Counted from the stretch's first letter, positions 9,667 through 20,487 are shown. The stretch: DNA of 64,000 nucleotides from Nitrospirota bacterium (GCA_016215155.1 JACRLQ010000057.1:10943-74942); one strand, 5' to 3'. Numbers and translations: made by a program. The notes: generated by a model from the sequence alone, not told the origin.

Positions 9667-10791
9667 CTACAATCCCAGTGCTTCCATAAGTTTTACCATT
9701 ACCGTGTTCGAGACTATAAGGCCTTTCCTGGTGAGTTTTACGAAGCCGTTGTCTGTCTCGACGAAGCCCTGTTCCGAGAGGCCGGCGGCGGCCCTGGCGA
9801 TGTCGATGCCCAGGTCCCCGGCCTTTGCTATGCTTATCCCCATCAGGGTCCTCAACCCAAGGAATATATATTCTTCGACCGCTTCCTTATCTGTCACGAC
9901 GACTGATTTTTCTTCGGGGATTTTGTCTTTTGCAAGGTCGTCAACATAGCGTGCAAGGTCTGTAGTGTTATATGCCCTGCGCCTTCCGGTGAAGGAATGC
10001 GCGCCCGCGCCTGCCCCGATATACTCGCCCCTGTCCCAGTAATTGAGGTTATGGATGCTCTCACGTCCGGGAAGGGCAAAATTTGAAATTTCATAGTGTC
10101 TGTACCCCTTCGACCCCAGGTAATCCAGCGCAGCATAATACATTTCTATTATTAACCCCTCCTTCGGCATCATAAGCTCTCCCGCCTCGATTGAACCCAT
10201 AAGCGGGGTGTTTTTCTCAGGCGTGAGCTCATAGGTCGAGATATGTGAAGGAGAAAGTTTGACCGCCTCTGAAAGCGATTTTCTCCAGGAAGAGAGCGTC
10301 TGTCCCGGGATACCGTATATGAGATCGACCGATATGTTTCTGATCCCGGCGGCGGAGGCGGCTTCATATGCGCTGACCGCTTCGGCGGAGCAATGGACCC
10401 TTCCGAGCGTCTTGAGCTCGTTGTCGTTAAACGACTGCATGCCGATACTCAACCTGTTAATGCCAAGTTCGGCAAGCAGGATAGAGGTTTCGGCGGCGGA
10501 AGACCCGGGGTTTGCCTCCATGGTTATTTCCGGAGAGGCTGAGAAATCGTAATGTTCCTTCAGAGCGTCAAACAGGTTTGTCAAAGAGCCCCTGTCGAGA
10601 AGGCCCGGAGTGCCGCCTCCGATATAGACGGACTTGAGCGGCCCCGCAAGAGCTTTCTTAAGTCCCAGTTCGCGGCATAATGCCTCAGTATATCTTACAG
10701 CCCGCTCTTTGTCGAAGGGGACGGAAAAAAAATCGCAATAAATGCATTTGCGCGCGCAGAAAGGGACATGAATATAGAGGTAGTCCGCCAT
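9667..10791 (-). CDS. hemW: Radical SAM heme chaperone HemW (coproporphyrinogen-III-oxidase-like)
   Basis: N-terminal YIHVPFCARKCIYCDF (CxxxCxxC), 374 aa, HemN-like C-terminal domain. Confidence 0.85.
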   Translation of the reverse strand: MADYLYIHVPFCARKCIYCDFFSVPFDKERAVRYTEALCRELGLKKALAGPLKSVYIGGGTPGLLDRGSLTNLFDALKEHYDFSASPEITMEANPGSSAAETSILLAELGINRLSIGMQSFNDNELKTLGRVHCSAEAVSAYEAASAAGIRNISVDLIYGIPGQTLSSWRKSLSEAVKLSPSHISTYELTPEKNTPLMGSIEAGELMMPKEGLIIEMYYAALDYLGSKGYRHYEISNFALPGRESIHNLNYWDRGEYIGAGAGAHSFTGRRRAYNTTDLARYVDDLAKDKIPEEKSVVVTDKEAVEEYIFLGLRTLMGISIAKAGDLGIDIARAAAGLSEQGFVETDNGFVKLTRKGLIVSNTVMVKLMEALGL

Positions 10792-10844
10792 GGTTTATAT
10801 TACCTCAGACCGTTTGACAATATCCCGCGCGGCGCCTAATATAA

Positions 10845-11612
10845 TTGCCTATGGATATCAGTGAACTGGTAAAGATAATGTCTCAGCTTCGCGGGGAAAA
10901 AGGCTGCCCATGGGACCGGGAGCAGACCCCTGAGTCCCTCAAGCCCTTTATTATTGAAGAGGCCTACGAGGTCCTTGAGGCGATAGACGAAAAGGACCCT
11001 GACGCCATAAGGGAAGAACTTGGGGACCTGTTGTTCCAGATCGTTTTTCAGTGCCAGATCGCCTCTGAGCGCGGCGAATACGCCCTCCCGGATGTAGTGG
11101 AAGGCGTCGCCAAAAAGATGGTCCGCCGCCACCCGCATGTTTTTTGGACTTCTTCACTTAAAACATCTGATGAAGTCATCGCAAGCTGGGACGGCCACAA
11201 GCAGAGGGAGGGGAAACAGCGAGACTCTATCTTCGAAGGGGTGCCCCTGACTCTTCCGGGGCTTCTTCGGGCCAGAAAGCTCCAGTCCAGGGCCTCGAAG
11301 GTCGGGTTCGATTGGGAGAGGCCGGGGGACGTTTTAGAGAAGCTCGACGAAGAGGTCGAGGAGTTCAAAAAGGCCTTTTCCGAGGACAATGCCGATGGGA
11401 TCGAGGATGAACTGGGCGATATCCTGTTTACGCTCGTAAACTTATCCAGGTTCGTCGGCGTCAACCCTGAAGAGGCGTTAAGAAAGACGATCAGCAAGTT
11501 TATCTTAAGGTTCAGGAAGATCGAGGATGCCGCCAAACAGCAGGGCAGGGAGCTCAGGGATATGTCACTGGAGGAGATGGACGCGATCTGGGACGAGGCG
11601 AAGAAGAAATAG
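10845..11612 (+). CDS. mazG: Nucleoside triphosphate pyrophosphohydrolase MazG
   Basis: Two MazG repeats are present: EEAYEVLEAIDE...ELGDLLFQIVF and EEVEEFKKA...ELGDILFTLVNL. The conserved CPWDREQT is also present. Confidence 0.85.
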   Translation: MPMDISELVKIMSQLRGEKGCPWDREQTPESLKPFIIEEAYEVLEAIDEKDPDAIREELGDLLFQIVFQCQIASERGEYALPDVVEGVAKKMVRRHPHVFWTSSLKTSDEVIASWDGHKQREGKQRDSIFEGVPLTLPGLLRARKLQSRASKVGFDWERPGDVLEKLDEEVEEFKKAFSEDNADGIEDELGDILFTLVNLSRFVGVNPEEALRKTISKFILRFRKIEDAAKQQGRELRDMSLEEMDAIWDEAKKK

Positions 11613-11618
11613 TGAGGA

Positions 11619-12422
11619 CTACTTTACGATTATCCCCGCGTAGCCCACGACACTGTCATAATCCCCGCTTATGTCGCCCGAAGTGGCATATTTAACTAAA
11701 CGGGCGGACCCCGCGCCTAGCAGTTTTGACGCGTATAGCATCACAGTCGCGGGCAGGTAGCCGCACATCGAAATCCTCTCCGTCAAGACCGTCTCGTAAA
11801 GTCCGTGCGGATCAAGGTCGAGAATTCTGTCGATCGCAAGCGAGTCTTTTTTTCTGGCGACCGAATCAGGCAGGTAGTGGCTCATATCGGAACTGGCAAG
11901 TATCACTACGGGATAATCCGCGCCCCTTATTGCGGCTGCGACAGCATCCGCCAGGCCGGCGCATTCTTCGTATGAGGCCGACAGAAGCGCTATCGGGACG
12001 ATTTTTGCGTCCGCGGACAGGTATGAGATGAAGGGCAGCTGCACCTCCAGCGAGTGTTCGAAGATATGGGCCTTACTGTCTTTTGTTACTTTCTCATAGT
12101 TCGCCGCTATCTTCACGGCCAGTTTCCTGTCTATCTGTAAAGACCCTGTCGGGATCTCCCACTCCCCCTCGTCCATGATCGATATGGCCGGGCCGAGGCC
12201 CGTGTGGTTCGGACCCAGGAGTATAAAGGTCTTGGGGATTTTTATCGATGAAAATACCGCGCCCGCGACATGACCGGAATATATAAGCCCGGCGTGCGGA
12301 GACATTATCCCGATGGCCTCTTCCTTGAGGGGGGCCGAGACGATGTATTGCGCCACCTGGTCTTTAAGACGGGCGGCGCTGCCCTGATAAAACTGCCCTG
12401 CCACTGCCGGAGCCCTTTTCAT
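11619..12422 (-). CDS. amrB: AmmeMemoRadiSam system protein B (MEMO1 family)
   Basis: 267 aa. PAVAGQFY...SPHAGLIYSG...GPNH...SSDMSHY is the MEMO-like pattern. Confidence 0.8.
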   Translation of the reverse strand: MKRAPAVAGQFYQGSAARLKDQVAQYIVSAPLKEEAIGIMSPHAGLIYSGHVAGAVFSSIKIPKTFILLGPNHTGLGPAISIMDEGEWEIPTGSLQIDRKLAVKIAANYEKVTKDSKAHIFEHSLEVQLPFISYLSADAKIVPIALLSASYEECAGLADAVAAAIRGADYPVVILASSDMSHYLPDSVARKKDSLAIDRILDLDPHGLYETVLTERISMCGYLPATVMLYASKLLGAGSARLVKYATSGDISGDYDSVVGYAGIIVK

Positions 12423-12438
12423 ATTAAGCCCTCAGTCG

Positions 12439-13812
12439 TCAGAATGTGTCATCATCCATATCATGGAATTTGACATCCGAGTAGTTCATAAACCGGGTGC
12501 AGTGAGAAAGGAAAGTAAGAGGTATCTCCCCGGTCGGTCCGTTTCTCTGCTTGGCTATGATGATTTCCGCCTTGCCTTTGTTGTCCGGGCTGTTTTTATT
12601 ATATACCTCATCCCGATAGAGGAAGATGATGACGTCGGCGTCCTGTTCGATGGCCCCCGATTCCCTAAGGTCGGCGAGGGTGGGCTTCTTGTTGCCCGTC
12701 CTTGTCTCGACGCCCCTGTTAAGCTGACTGAGGGCTATGACAGGGATCTTCAGTTCCTTCGCGAGCCCCTTGAGGGACCTGGATATCTCGGAGATTTCCT
12801 GCTCACGCCTCTCGGAATTGCCCCGCCCCCTCATGAGTTGGAGGTAGTCAACAACGATAAGGCTCAGGCCGTGTTCAGCCTTCAGCCGCCTGGCCTTGGC
12901 CCTCATCTCGAGGATCGTCACTCCCGAGGAATCGTCGATGAAAATGGGCGACTCCGCGAGCTTGCTGGCCGCAGTGGTAAGACTGTGCCAGTCATCTTTT
13001 TTTATAAACCCTTTTCTTATTGAATTGGAGTCCACCATGGCTTCGGAGCAGAGCATCCTGAAGGCCAGCTGCTCCTTGGACATTTCCAGGCTGAAGACGG
13101 CAACGGGCTCTTTCATATTTACGCCTACATGCTGGGCTATGTTCAGGCTGAAGGCGGTTTTTCCCATGGAGGGCCTCCCGCCGATGATGATCAGGTCGCT
13201 TTTTTGGAAGCCGGTCGTCATTTCGTCGAGCTCTTTGAAGCCGGTCGGGACCCCTGTGACCGTCTCCTTCCTGTCATAGAGCTGTTCGATCATCTGGAAG
13301 CTGTCTTTGATGACCTGCTTCAGGGTGAAGAAAGAGACGTTTATCCTGTTGTCGGAGAGCTCAAAGATCTGCTTTTCAGCGTAGTCTATCAGCTCTTCAG
13401 CGTCGAACTCGCTTTCATAGACATTGCGGGCGATGTCGGTGGCGGTGTGAAGGAGCCCCCTGACCATCGCTTTTTCCCTCACTATCTTGGCATGGTACCT
13501 GATGTTGGCCGAGGTAGGCACCATCGACACAAGAGATGTCAGATACGCGACCCCTCCGATCAGTTCGAGCTCATTTTTTTTCTTAAGCTGGTCGGTGAGA
13601 GTGATGATGTCAATGGGCTCATTTTTATTGAAGAGGTCGATCATGGCCATAAAGATCCTGCGGTGAGAATCTTTATAGAAGTAATCTTCCTTGATGAGCT
13701 CGAGGCAGGCGGTCAGGGCCTCGTTGCTTATGAGCACCGCACCCAGGACAGACTGCTCTGCCTCGATGTTCTGGGGAGGCAGTTTGTCCAGGGTTGATGC
13801 GGTATCTTTCAT
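12439..13812 (-). CDS. dnaB: Replicative DNA helicase DnaB
   Basis: 457 aa. It shows PPQNIEAEQSVLGA, Walker A GGRPSMGKTAF and IVVDYLQLM. Confidence 0.95.
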   Translation of the reverse strand: MKDTASTLDKLPPQNIEAEQSVLGAVLISNEALTACLELIKEDYFYKDSHRRIFMAMIDLFNKNEPIDIITLTDQLKKKNELELIGGVAYLTSLVSMVPTSANIRYHAKIVREKAMVRGLLHTATDIARNVYESEFDAEELIDYAEKQIFELSDNRINVSFFTLKQVIKDSFQMIEQLYDRKETVTGVPTGFKELDEMTTGFQKSDLIIIGGRPSMGKTAFSLNIAQHVGVNMKEPVAVFSLEMSKEQLAFRMLCSEAMVDSNSIRKGFIKKDDWHSLTTAASKLAESPIFIDDSSGVTILEMRAKARRLKAEHGLSLIVVDYLQLMRGRGNSERREQEISEISRSLKGLAKELKIPVIALSQLNRGVETRTGNKKPTLADLRESGAIEQDADVIIFLYRDEVYNKNSPDNKGKAEIIIAKQRNGPTGEIPLTFLSHCTRFMNYSDVKFHDMDDDTF

Positions 13813-14252
13813 TCCGAGACTACGTTAATTTTTACCGTTGCGGACACGTCGTGATGAAGCTTGATCTCTGCGGTGTAAGTCCCAAGCCTCTTTATAGGCT
13901 CAGCTATTACGATCTTCTTTTTGTCGATATCGTAGCCCTCGGCCTTGAGGGCCTCGGCGATGTCCATATTTGTTACCGACCCGAACAGCTTCTCCTCTTC
14001 CCCCGCCTTCGCGCGGAGAGTGACCGTAAGGGCTGAGAGTTTATCGGCCTCGGCCTTGTTCGCGTCCTTTATCTTTGCGGCCTTCTCCTGGATCATCTTC
14101 TTGTTGTGCTCAAATTCCTTGATGTTTCCGGTATTGGCCTCGACGGCGAATTTTTTGGGAAGCAGGAAATTGCGGGCGTAGCCTTCAGCCACATTAACGA
14201 TATCACCTATCCTGCCGAGGTTCTTGACGTCTTCCTTCAAAAATACTTTCAT
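13809..14252 (-). CDS. rplI: 50S ribosomal protein L9
   Basis: MKVFLKEDVKNLGRIGDIVNVAEGYARNFLLPKKFA, 147 aa. The stop overlaps the dnaB start. Confidence 0.95.
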   Translation of the reverse strand: MKVFLKEDVKNLGRIGDIVNVAEGYARNFLLPKKFAVEANTGNIKEFEHNKKMIQEKAAKIKDANKAEADKLSALTVTLRAKAGEEEKLFGSVTNMDIAEALKAEGYDIDKKKIVIAEPIKRLGTYTAEIKLHHDVSATVKINVVSE

Positions 14253-14334
14253 ATATGGTCTCCTTGGTTTTGTTTTTCACAATTATAACATAATAGGGGA
14301 TATTTCCTGAATAATCAGGCGTTATTCACTAGAA

Positions 14335-14502
14335 CCTACCTCAAAATTGTCGATTCGAGAAAGGCCGTCACCCCCGTGAAGACGGGGGTCCACTTTATAT
14401 GGCTTCAAACATGGATTCCCGCTGCTTAAAGCATCTACTGTTGGCTGCGCGGGAATGACAAAAAGAAACCCCGTCGGTGAATGGTTCGATTTTGAGATAG
14501 GG
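14335..14502. repeat. MITE-like palindromic repeat, copy A
   Basis: Terminal inverted repeats CCTACCTCAAAAT (left) and ATTTTGAGATAGG (right). Hairpin 1 is GTCACCCCCGtgaagaCGGGGGTCC (14367-14393). Hairpin 2 is GGATTCCCGC..GCGGGAATGAC (14413-14459) and carries a 25-nt loop insert. It fills the gap between the rplI start and the M50 protease stop. Confidence 0.7.
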
Positions 14503-14503
14503 T

Positions 14504-15337
14504 TTACATAATCGTAATAGGAACAGGGGTGAAGGTCAGTATGAAGATAACCAGTGTCAGAAAGCCGGTAGTCTTTCTCCTTTGATCGAGCGGAACGTAT
14601 GACGCAAGGACCGGCGGGTGCTTGATGCCGAGTATGAGCAATAATACGGCCCAGACCAGCCAGCCCTCGAAGATCAATATCCCAAGCGCCACAAGTACGG
14701 CAATAAGCAATTTTGAAACAACATGATGCCTCTCCTCAAGGAGGGCGTAGGCGATATGACCGCCGTCGAGCTGCCCGATAGGAAGGAGGTTAAGCGAGGT
14801 CACAAAAAAACCTATCCATCCGGCAAAGGCCACAGGATGCAGGAAGATATCATGGTTTTCAGGGACCTTTCCAAGTATCGCTTTCGACAACCCGCTGAAA
14901 AGAAGCGAGTCCCCGAGAGTGATCATCTCCGCCCCCTTCGGGACAGGCATGATCTTCGAAAGAGACAGCCCGACAACTACCGCCGCGACCGATACGATGA
15001 AACCTGCGATGGGACCGGATGCGCCGATGTCCATCAGGGCATTTTTTGTAGTAATGGGCGATTTCATCTTTATGAACGCGCCCAGGGTGCCGAAAAGCGT
15101 GGGCGCCGGTATGAAATAGGGAAGGGTGGCGTCAACGTGATGCCGTCTCGAAAAAAGGTAATGAGAAAACTCGTGGCAAAGAAGAATAAGGAGCAGTGTC
15201 AACGAAAAAGGGAGCCCCCTGTAAATCTCGACCGGGTCTTTTAACAGGTCCGCTCCCTCATTAATGGCCCCGACCAGGAGCGTGGAAAATAAGGTCAGAA
15301 GGAAAAGCACGATATGGAGGTAAGGCGCCTTCTTCAC
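14504..15337 (-). CDS. Site-2 protease family (M50) membrane metalloprotease
   Basis: 277 aa, polytopic. It has an HEFSHY (HExxH) motif and a distal LNLLPIGQLDGGH motif. Confidence 0.8.
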   Translation of the reverse strand: MKKAPYLHIVLFLLTLFSTLLVGAINEGADLLKDPVEIYRGLPFSLTLLLILLCHEFSHYLFSRRHHVDATLPYFIPAPTLFGTLGAFIKMKSPITTKNALMDIGASGPIAGFIVSVAAVVVGLSLSKIMPVPKGAEMITLGDSLLFSGLSKAILGKVPENHDIFLHPVAFAGWIGFFVTSLNLLPIGQLDGGHIAYALLEERHHVVSKLLIAVLVALGILIFEGWLVWAVLLLILGIKHPPVLASYVPLDQRRKTTGFLTLVIFILTFTPVPITIM

Positions 15338-16614
15338 CTTATCACTTTGCCCTCAAGGTCATAGTCAAAGGCCTTTGTGATACATACGTCAGTGAACCCG
15401 CCGGCCGCGATGCGGTCATCTTTGATTATTACGACTCCGTCTATCTCGGGGGCCTGGGAATAGAGCCTGCCGATTGCAATGCCGTTTTCGGTCTCTTCCA
15501 CAAGCACCCTCAGGTTCTTCCCGACAAGGGCCTTGTTTTTTGAAAGGGAGATCCCGGCCTGTGCCTCCATAAGCCTGTTAAACCTCGCCTGTTTCGTCCT
15601 TGCGGGCAGGTGGCCCTTAAGACTTACGGCAGGCGTGCCTTCCTCCTTTGAGTATGTGAAGACGCCGAGACGGTCGAACCTGATCTTTTTTATGAAGGCG
15701 AGCATGTTTTCAAAATCCGTGTCAGACTCCTGGGGAAAGCCCGTTATCAGCGTCGAGCGGAGGGCGACATCCGGGATTATCTCCCTGGTCCTTTTTATAA
15801 GTCTTTCGAAATAGGTCCTGTTGCCGCCCCTTTGCATAAGCCCCAGAATCTTTTTTTCGGAGTGCTGAAGCGGCATGTCGATATAGTTACAGACCTTGTC
15901 GAGCGAACCGATAGTCTCTATGAGCCTGTCGTCGATCGAGGTGGGATAGAGATACAGGAGGCGTATCCAGAAATCACCTTCAATGGCCGTGAGCTCTTTT
16001 ATCAAACGTGAGAGGTCATACCCCTTTAAGTCCTTACCGTAGGAAGTTATGTCCTGCGCGATGACTATAAGTTCCTTAATCCCCGACCGGACCAGGGCAG
16101 AGGCCTCCGACAAAATCCGGTCAGGGCCGGAACTCCGGTAGCTCCCTCGTATTGCCGGGATCGCGCAGTAGGCGCATGTCCTGTCGCAGCCCTCCGCGAT
16201 TTTAAGATAGGCGTAAGGTTTGTCGGAAAAAAGTTCCGGCGTATCATGCCCCTTCTTTTTCGAAAGGACAGTGCTGCAGTATTCGATGATCTTCTCGTCT
16301 TCTCCGACCCCCCACAAGGCGTCGATTTCAGGTATCTCACTCCGTAATTCATCCCCATATCTCTTTGCGAGGCAGCCATATACCACAAGTTTCTTCGAGC
16401 CGTCCTTCGCCTTAAATCCGGCTATCCTCAGTATTTCGTTTATGGACTCTTTCTTCGCCGCCTCTATGAAGCCGCAGGTGTTCACCATGATAAGGTCGGC
16501 CGAATCGGGGTCCGACGTGTAACATATGTTTTTCTCGGCCATTTTTTTAAGCAGTTTTTCGGAGTCCACCTGATTTTTGGGACAGCCAAGACTAAGGAGA
16601 TATACCTTACTCAC
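15334..16614 (-). CDS. rimO: Ribosomal protein S12 methylthiotransferase RimO
   Basis: LSLGCPKNQVDSE N-terminal MTTase domain, radical SAM CDRTCAYCAIP and a C-terminal TRAM-like domain. Confidence 0.9.
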   Translation of the reverse strand: MSKVYLLSLGCPKNQVDSEKLLKKMAEKNICYTSDPDSADLIMVNTCGFIEAAKKESINEILRIAGFKAKDGSKKLVVYGCLAKRYGDELRSEIPEIDALWGVGEDEKIIEYCSTVLSKKKGHDTPELFSDKPYAYLKIAEGCDRTCAYCAIPAIRGSYRSSGPDRILSEASALVRSGIKELIVIAQDITSYGKDLKGYDLSRLIKELTAIEGDFWIRLLYLYPTSIDDRLIETIGSLDKVCNYIDMPLQHSEKKILGLMQRGGNRTYFERLIKRTREIIPDVALRSTLITGFPQESDTDFENMLAFIKKIRFDRLGVFTYSKEEGTPAVSLKGHLPARTKQARFNRLMEAQAGISLSKNKALVGKNLRVLVEETENGIAIGRLYSQAPEIDGVVIIKDDRIAAGGFTDVCITKAFDYDLEGKVIR

Positions 16615-17035
16615 GGGCCCTCTTTACGGCCTGGAAGATAAGAAAATAGGAGACAGTCGCCGACAGCAGTCCAAGGACCGTGTTGCCCACTAAAAAAGGC
16701 ATGAGAATATGACTGAATTCCGTCATGAGCGAGTTGATGGTCACATTCGACCAGTCTATGTCAGGCATGATGTGGTCGATCATAAGAAGTTTTGCCCCGA
16801 GCCAGGTGCCGAGCGTGTAGATAGGAATGATGGTCCAGGGATTTGTCACGAAAACCCCCGCGAGCGTCACAAGCCGATTCAGCTTCAGTGCCCATGCCAC
16901 GGCGATGCCAAGGATTGTGTGGAGACCAAGAAGCGGCGACATCCCTATGAATACGCCAAGAGAAAAGGCCGCGGCTATTTTCCCGGGAGACTCGCCGATC
17001 GATAAAATCTGTCTAAGTCTGTCCCTAAGATGCAA
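16607..17035 (-). CDS. DUF2062 domain-containing membrane protein
   Basis: 142 aa. SPGKIAAAFSLGVFIGMSPLLGLHT...NPWT is the DUF2062 pattern, called from memory. Confidence 0.55.
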   Translation of the reverse strand: MHLRDRLRQILSIGESPGKIAAAFSLGVFIGMSPLLGLHTILGIAVAWALKLNRLVTLAGVFVTNPWTIIPIYTLGTWLGAKLLMIDHIMPDIDWSNVTINSLMTEFSHILMPFLVGNTVLGLLSATVSYFLIFQAVKRARE

Positions 17036-18011
17036 AATGCTGATATCCTTTCCCGCGCATAATTCTTTCGGCGCCGTCTTTATCGATAATGTGAAAACCT
17101 GAACGGATTATTTCACCGACAGGCGTGGCCCCCGCAATTTTTTTTGAAGCGGAGGTAAAAAGCAGCTCATAGTCCTCACCGCCCGCCAGAGCAAGGTCCA
17201 CCGGGTCTTTCCCGAGGTATGCGGACGCCGTTATCAGTTCCTTCGACAGCGGCAATTTGTCCGTATATATCCTTGCGCCTGCGCCGCTTTGAAGACATAA
17301 CCTTGAAAGGTCCATCATCAGCCCGTCGCTTATGTCCATCATCGCCGTGGCGTGCCCTATGAACCTGTCAGGCTTGACTGCCACAGGCATCACATGACGC
17401 CTCATGATCCGAAGGGAATCCCTGAATATCGGCCTCATGCCGGAGACTTCCCTCTTTCTGTCCGGTATCGGGCGTTTCATCTTCTTCAGAAGTTCCAGCC
17501 CGCAGGCCGAGTCCCCCGGATGACCTGTCACGTATATGAAATCGCCGGGCCTCGCGCCGGACCTCAGTAATGGCTTACCCTCGGAATATCCCGTGACAGT
17601 GGCAGACAGATTCAAGGAACCGGAGGACGAAATGTCCCCGCCTACAAGCGTCACCCCGTATAAAACGGACGCCTTGCTAACCCCGTCGAAGAAATCCTCA
17701 AACTCATCCAGAGTGAAGTCTCCAGGAGCTGAAAAGGCGATCAGCATAAATTCGGGCTTTCCGCCCATGGCGTAGATGTCGCTTACGTTAACGGAGACGA
17801 GCTTGAAACCCAGCTGATACGGGGTGGTCCACCGCAGGTCAAAATGCACTCCTTCCGCCATCAGGTCAGACGTAAGAAGCATATGCCCGGCCGAGGGGGC
17901 CACCACTGCGGCATCGTCCCCGACACCTAAAATGAGGCCGGGGGATTTCCTGCCGAACCTGCTCCTGAGCCTCTTTAAGAGATAGTTCTCTCCCTTGTCG
18001 GCAAGTTTCAT
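17025..18011 (-). CDS. thiL: Thiamine-monophosphate kinase
   Basis: GDDAAVV...TSDLMAEGVHF...VSDIYAMGG...GGDIS is the AIR-synthase-like ThiL pattern. 328 aa. Confidence 0.85.
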   Translation of the reverse strand: MKLADKGENYLLKRLRSRFGRKSPGLILGVGDDAAVVAPSAGHMLLTSDLMAEGVHFDLRWTTPYQLGFKLVSVNVSDIYAMGGKPEFMLIAFSAPGDFTLDEFEDFFDGVSKASVLYGVTLVGGDISSSGSLNLSATVTGYSEGKPLLRSGARPGDFIYVTGHPGDSACGLELLKKMKRPIPDRKREVSGMRPIFRDSLRIMRRHVMPVAVKPDRFIGHATAMMDISDGLMMDLSRLCLQSGAGARIYTDKLPLSKELITASAYLGKDPVDLALAGGEDYELLFTSASKKIAGATPVGEIIRSGFHIIDKDGAERIMRGKGYQHFAS

Positions 18012-18042
18012 CTCGGACAGGAAGCTTACGCCATCCGGATGG

Positions 18043-20427
18043 CTATTTTTTCCTTGAAGACGGTTTCTGAGGGGTCTTCAAGGCGATCTTCAGGACCTGG
18101 TCCATATCGCTGGCGAACACGAACTCCATGTCCTGTTTTATGTATTTTGGAATGTCTTCCAGGTCTTTTTTGTTCCTGGCCGGTATTACGATCTTTTTTA
18201 TTCCCATCCTTTTGGCTGCCAGGGTCTTTTCCTTAAGTCCTCCGATCGGCAATACCCGGCCGCGCAGGGTCACTTCTCCGGTCATGGCAATATTCCGGCT
18301 TACAGGCTTGCCCGTCAGCACGGATGCAAGCGCCGTTGCGATAGTGATGCCGGCTGAAGGACCGTCTTTTGGGGTGGCGCCTGCCGGGACATGCACGTGG
18401 ATGTCCGTTTTTGAAAATACATCTTCCTTGATCCCGAGAGATTCGGCCCTGGATCTGATATAACTCAGGGCGGCCTGGGCGGACTCCTTCATGACATCCC
18501 CCAGCTGACCCGTCAGGGTGAGACTGCCCTTGCCCATCATGGTAGTGGCCTCGATATAGATGATGTCACCGCCGGCTTCAGTCCAGGCCAGGCCGGTGGC
18601 GACTCCTATTTCGTCATATCTCATCTCCTCTTCGCGCTGATATTTCGGGACCCCAAGAAAGCTCTTCAGGTTCCCGGCGACAATCTTGAACTTCTTCTGC
18701 TTGCCTTCCGCAAGCCTTTTTGCCACCTTCCTGCAGAGGTTGGCTATTTCACGTTCGAGGTTCCGCACCCCGGCCTCCCGCGTATACTGAGAGATAAGCA
18801 GCAGAAGCGCGGCGTCCGTAAGGTCAAGGATAGTTTCGGTAAGGCCATGCTCCTCCAGCTGCTTGGGGAGCAGATATTTTTTTGCAATGCCGAGCTTCTC
18901 CTCGGACGTGTACCCTGACAGGTAAATGAGCTCCATCCTGTCTCTTAAGGGGCCGGGTATGGGGTCGGCCAGGTTCCCCGTGGTTATGAACATTACGTTA
19001 GTCAGGTCGAACGGCACCGCCAGATAATGGTCCGCGAACGAGAAGTTCTGCTCAGGATCGAGCACTTCAAGCAGGGCAGAGGAGGGGTCTCCCCTGAAGT
19101 CAGTCCCTATTTTATCGATCTCGTCGAGCATGAACACGGGGTTATTGGTACCGGCCTGTTTAATTCCCTGAATTATCCTGCCTGGCAGAGCGCCTACATA
19201 CGTCCTTCTGTGCCCGCGAATCTCCGCCTCGTCGCGCACTCCTCCTAAAGACATCCGGACGAATTCCCTGCCGAGGGACCTTGCGATCGACCGTCCCAAT
19301 GAAGTCTTGCCTACCCCGGGAGGTCCAATGAAACAGAGTATGGGCCCCTTCATCTTTTCTTTGATCTTCCTTACACTCAGATATTCCAGGATCCGTTCCT
19401 TGACCTTTTCGAGATCGTAATGGTCGTCATTGAGCACCTTTTTGGCCTTCTTGATATCAAGGTTGTCTTTGGTGCTCTTGGACCATGGCAGTTCAACCAG
19501 CCAGTCGAGATACGTCCTTATCGTTGCGGACTCGGCGCTGTCAGGATGCATTTTTTCGAGACGTTTCAGCTGTTTTTCCGCCTCCTTAGCGACCTTCTCC
19601 GGCATTTTTGCATCTTCGATCTTTTTTCTGAACTCGCGGGCCTCTTCGGACCTTTCATCAATGTCGCCCAGCTCTTTTTGGATGGCCTTGAGCTGCTCAC
19701 GGAGGAAATATTCCCTCTGGGTCTTGTCTATCTCACCCCTTGCATCCGACTGTATCTTCTGCTGGACGATAAGGAGTTCGATTTCGTGGCTGAGGATCTC
19801 GCCGACGCGCTTGAGCCTCTGAACGGGATTCACCAGTTCGAGGATCTCCTGGGCCTGTTCGGCCTTGATCCCGATATTGGACGCGACCAGGTCGGCAAGT
19901 CTCCCCGGGTCTTCGAGGTTTTCTATCACGACCATAATGTCCGGCAGGACGGTTTTCCCGAAGGACACGGCCTTGTCCAACTGCTCCTTGAGGGTCCTGA
20001 TCAGGGCCTCATCCTCGATGCTGAGCTTGTCTATCTTCACATCTTCTATCTTTTCGATGGCAGCGGAGAAGAACGCCTCACCCTCAAGGAACTTCGTTAC
20101 CCGGGCCTTCGCAAGCCCCTGAACGAGTATTTTGACCCTGCCGTCGGGCAGTTTGAGCATCCTCATGATCATGCCGACGGTCCCGACCCTGTACAGGTCT
20201 TCAACTGCCGGGTTCTCAAGTCCGAGGTCTTTCTGGGTAAGCATGAGGATCATCCTGTCGCCGGCCAACGCGCTTTCAATTGCCTTGATCGAGATGTCTC
20301 TGCCTACAAACAGCGGAATTATCATGTAGGGGAAAACAACGATGTCCCTGACCGGCAGAATAGGGAGCTTGTCGGGTATCTTCACTTCTTTTTCATTTTT
20401 ATCTGAAGATTTATCCAGTTCGGCCAT
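18043..20427 (-). CDS. lon: ATP-dependent endopeptidase La (Lon)
   Basis: 794 aa with the LON N-domain ([13 protein letters not shown]), Walker [10 protein letters not shown] and the protease site [12 protein letters not shown]. Confidence 0.95.
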   Translation of the reverse strand: MAELDKSSDKNEKEVKIPDKLPILPVRDIVVFPYMIIPLFVGRDISIKAIESALAGDRMILMLTQKDLGLENPAVEDLYRVGTVGMIMRMLKLPDGRVKILVQGLAKARVTKFLEGEAFFSAAIEKIEDVKIDKLSIEDEALIRTLKEQLDKAVSFGKTVLPDIMVVIENLEDPGRLADLVASNIGIKAEQAQEILELVNPVQRLKRVGEILSHEIELLIVQQKIQSDARGEIDKTQREYFLREQLKAIQKELGDIDERSEEAREFRKKIEDAKMPEKVAKEAEKQLKRLEKMHPDSAESATIRTYLDWLVELPWSKSTKDNLDIKKAKKVLNDDHYDLEKVKERILEYLSVRKIKEKMKGPILCFIGPPGVGKTSLGRSIARSLGREFVRMSLGGVRDEAEIRGHRRTYVGALPGRIIQGIKQAGTNNPVFMLDEIDKIGTDFRGDPSSALLEVLDPEQNFSFADHYLAVPFDLTNVMFITTGNLADPIPGPLRDRMELIYLSGYTSEEKLGIAKKYLLPKQLEEHGLTETILDLTDAALLLLISQYTREAGVRNLEREIANLCRKVAKRLAEGKQKKFKIVAGNLKSFLGVPKYQREEEMRYDEIGVATGLAWTEAGGDIIYIEATTMMGKGSLTLTGQLGDVMKESAQAALSYIRSRAESLGIKEDVFSKTDIHVHVPAGATPKDGPSAGITIATALASVLTGKPVSRNIAMTGEVTLRGRVLPIGGLKEKTLAAKRMGIKKIVIPARNKKDLEDIPKYIKQDMEFVFASDMDQVLKIALKTPQKPSSRKK

Positions 20428-20458
20428 TTATTCTCCTTGTAAAGTTATATCTGCTTCT

Positions 20459-20487
20459 ATTTTAAATCAAAAACGGCGTCTTGACAA
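20459..20487 (-). promoter_or_regulatory. Putative sigma70-type promoter of lon
   Basis: On the minus strand: TTGTCA (20487-20482), a 17-nt spacer, then TAAAAT (20464-20459). This is about 30 nt upstream of the lon ATG and its AAGGAGAA RBS. Pattern match only. Confidence 0.4.

Noticed and set aside
19420-20406. 328-aa plus-strand ORF (with further ORFs at 19430..19822, 19865..20122 and others)
   Set aside because: It lies entirely antisense to lon. The lon frame carries unmistakable Lon motifs ([17 protein letters not shown]). The antisense product is low-complexity (L/F/D/G-rich) with no recognisable domain. This is the typical shadow ORF of a GC-biased gene.
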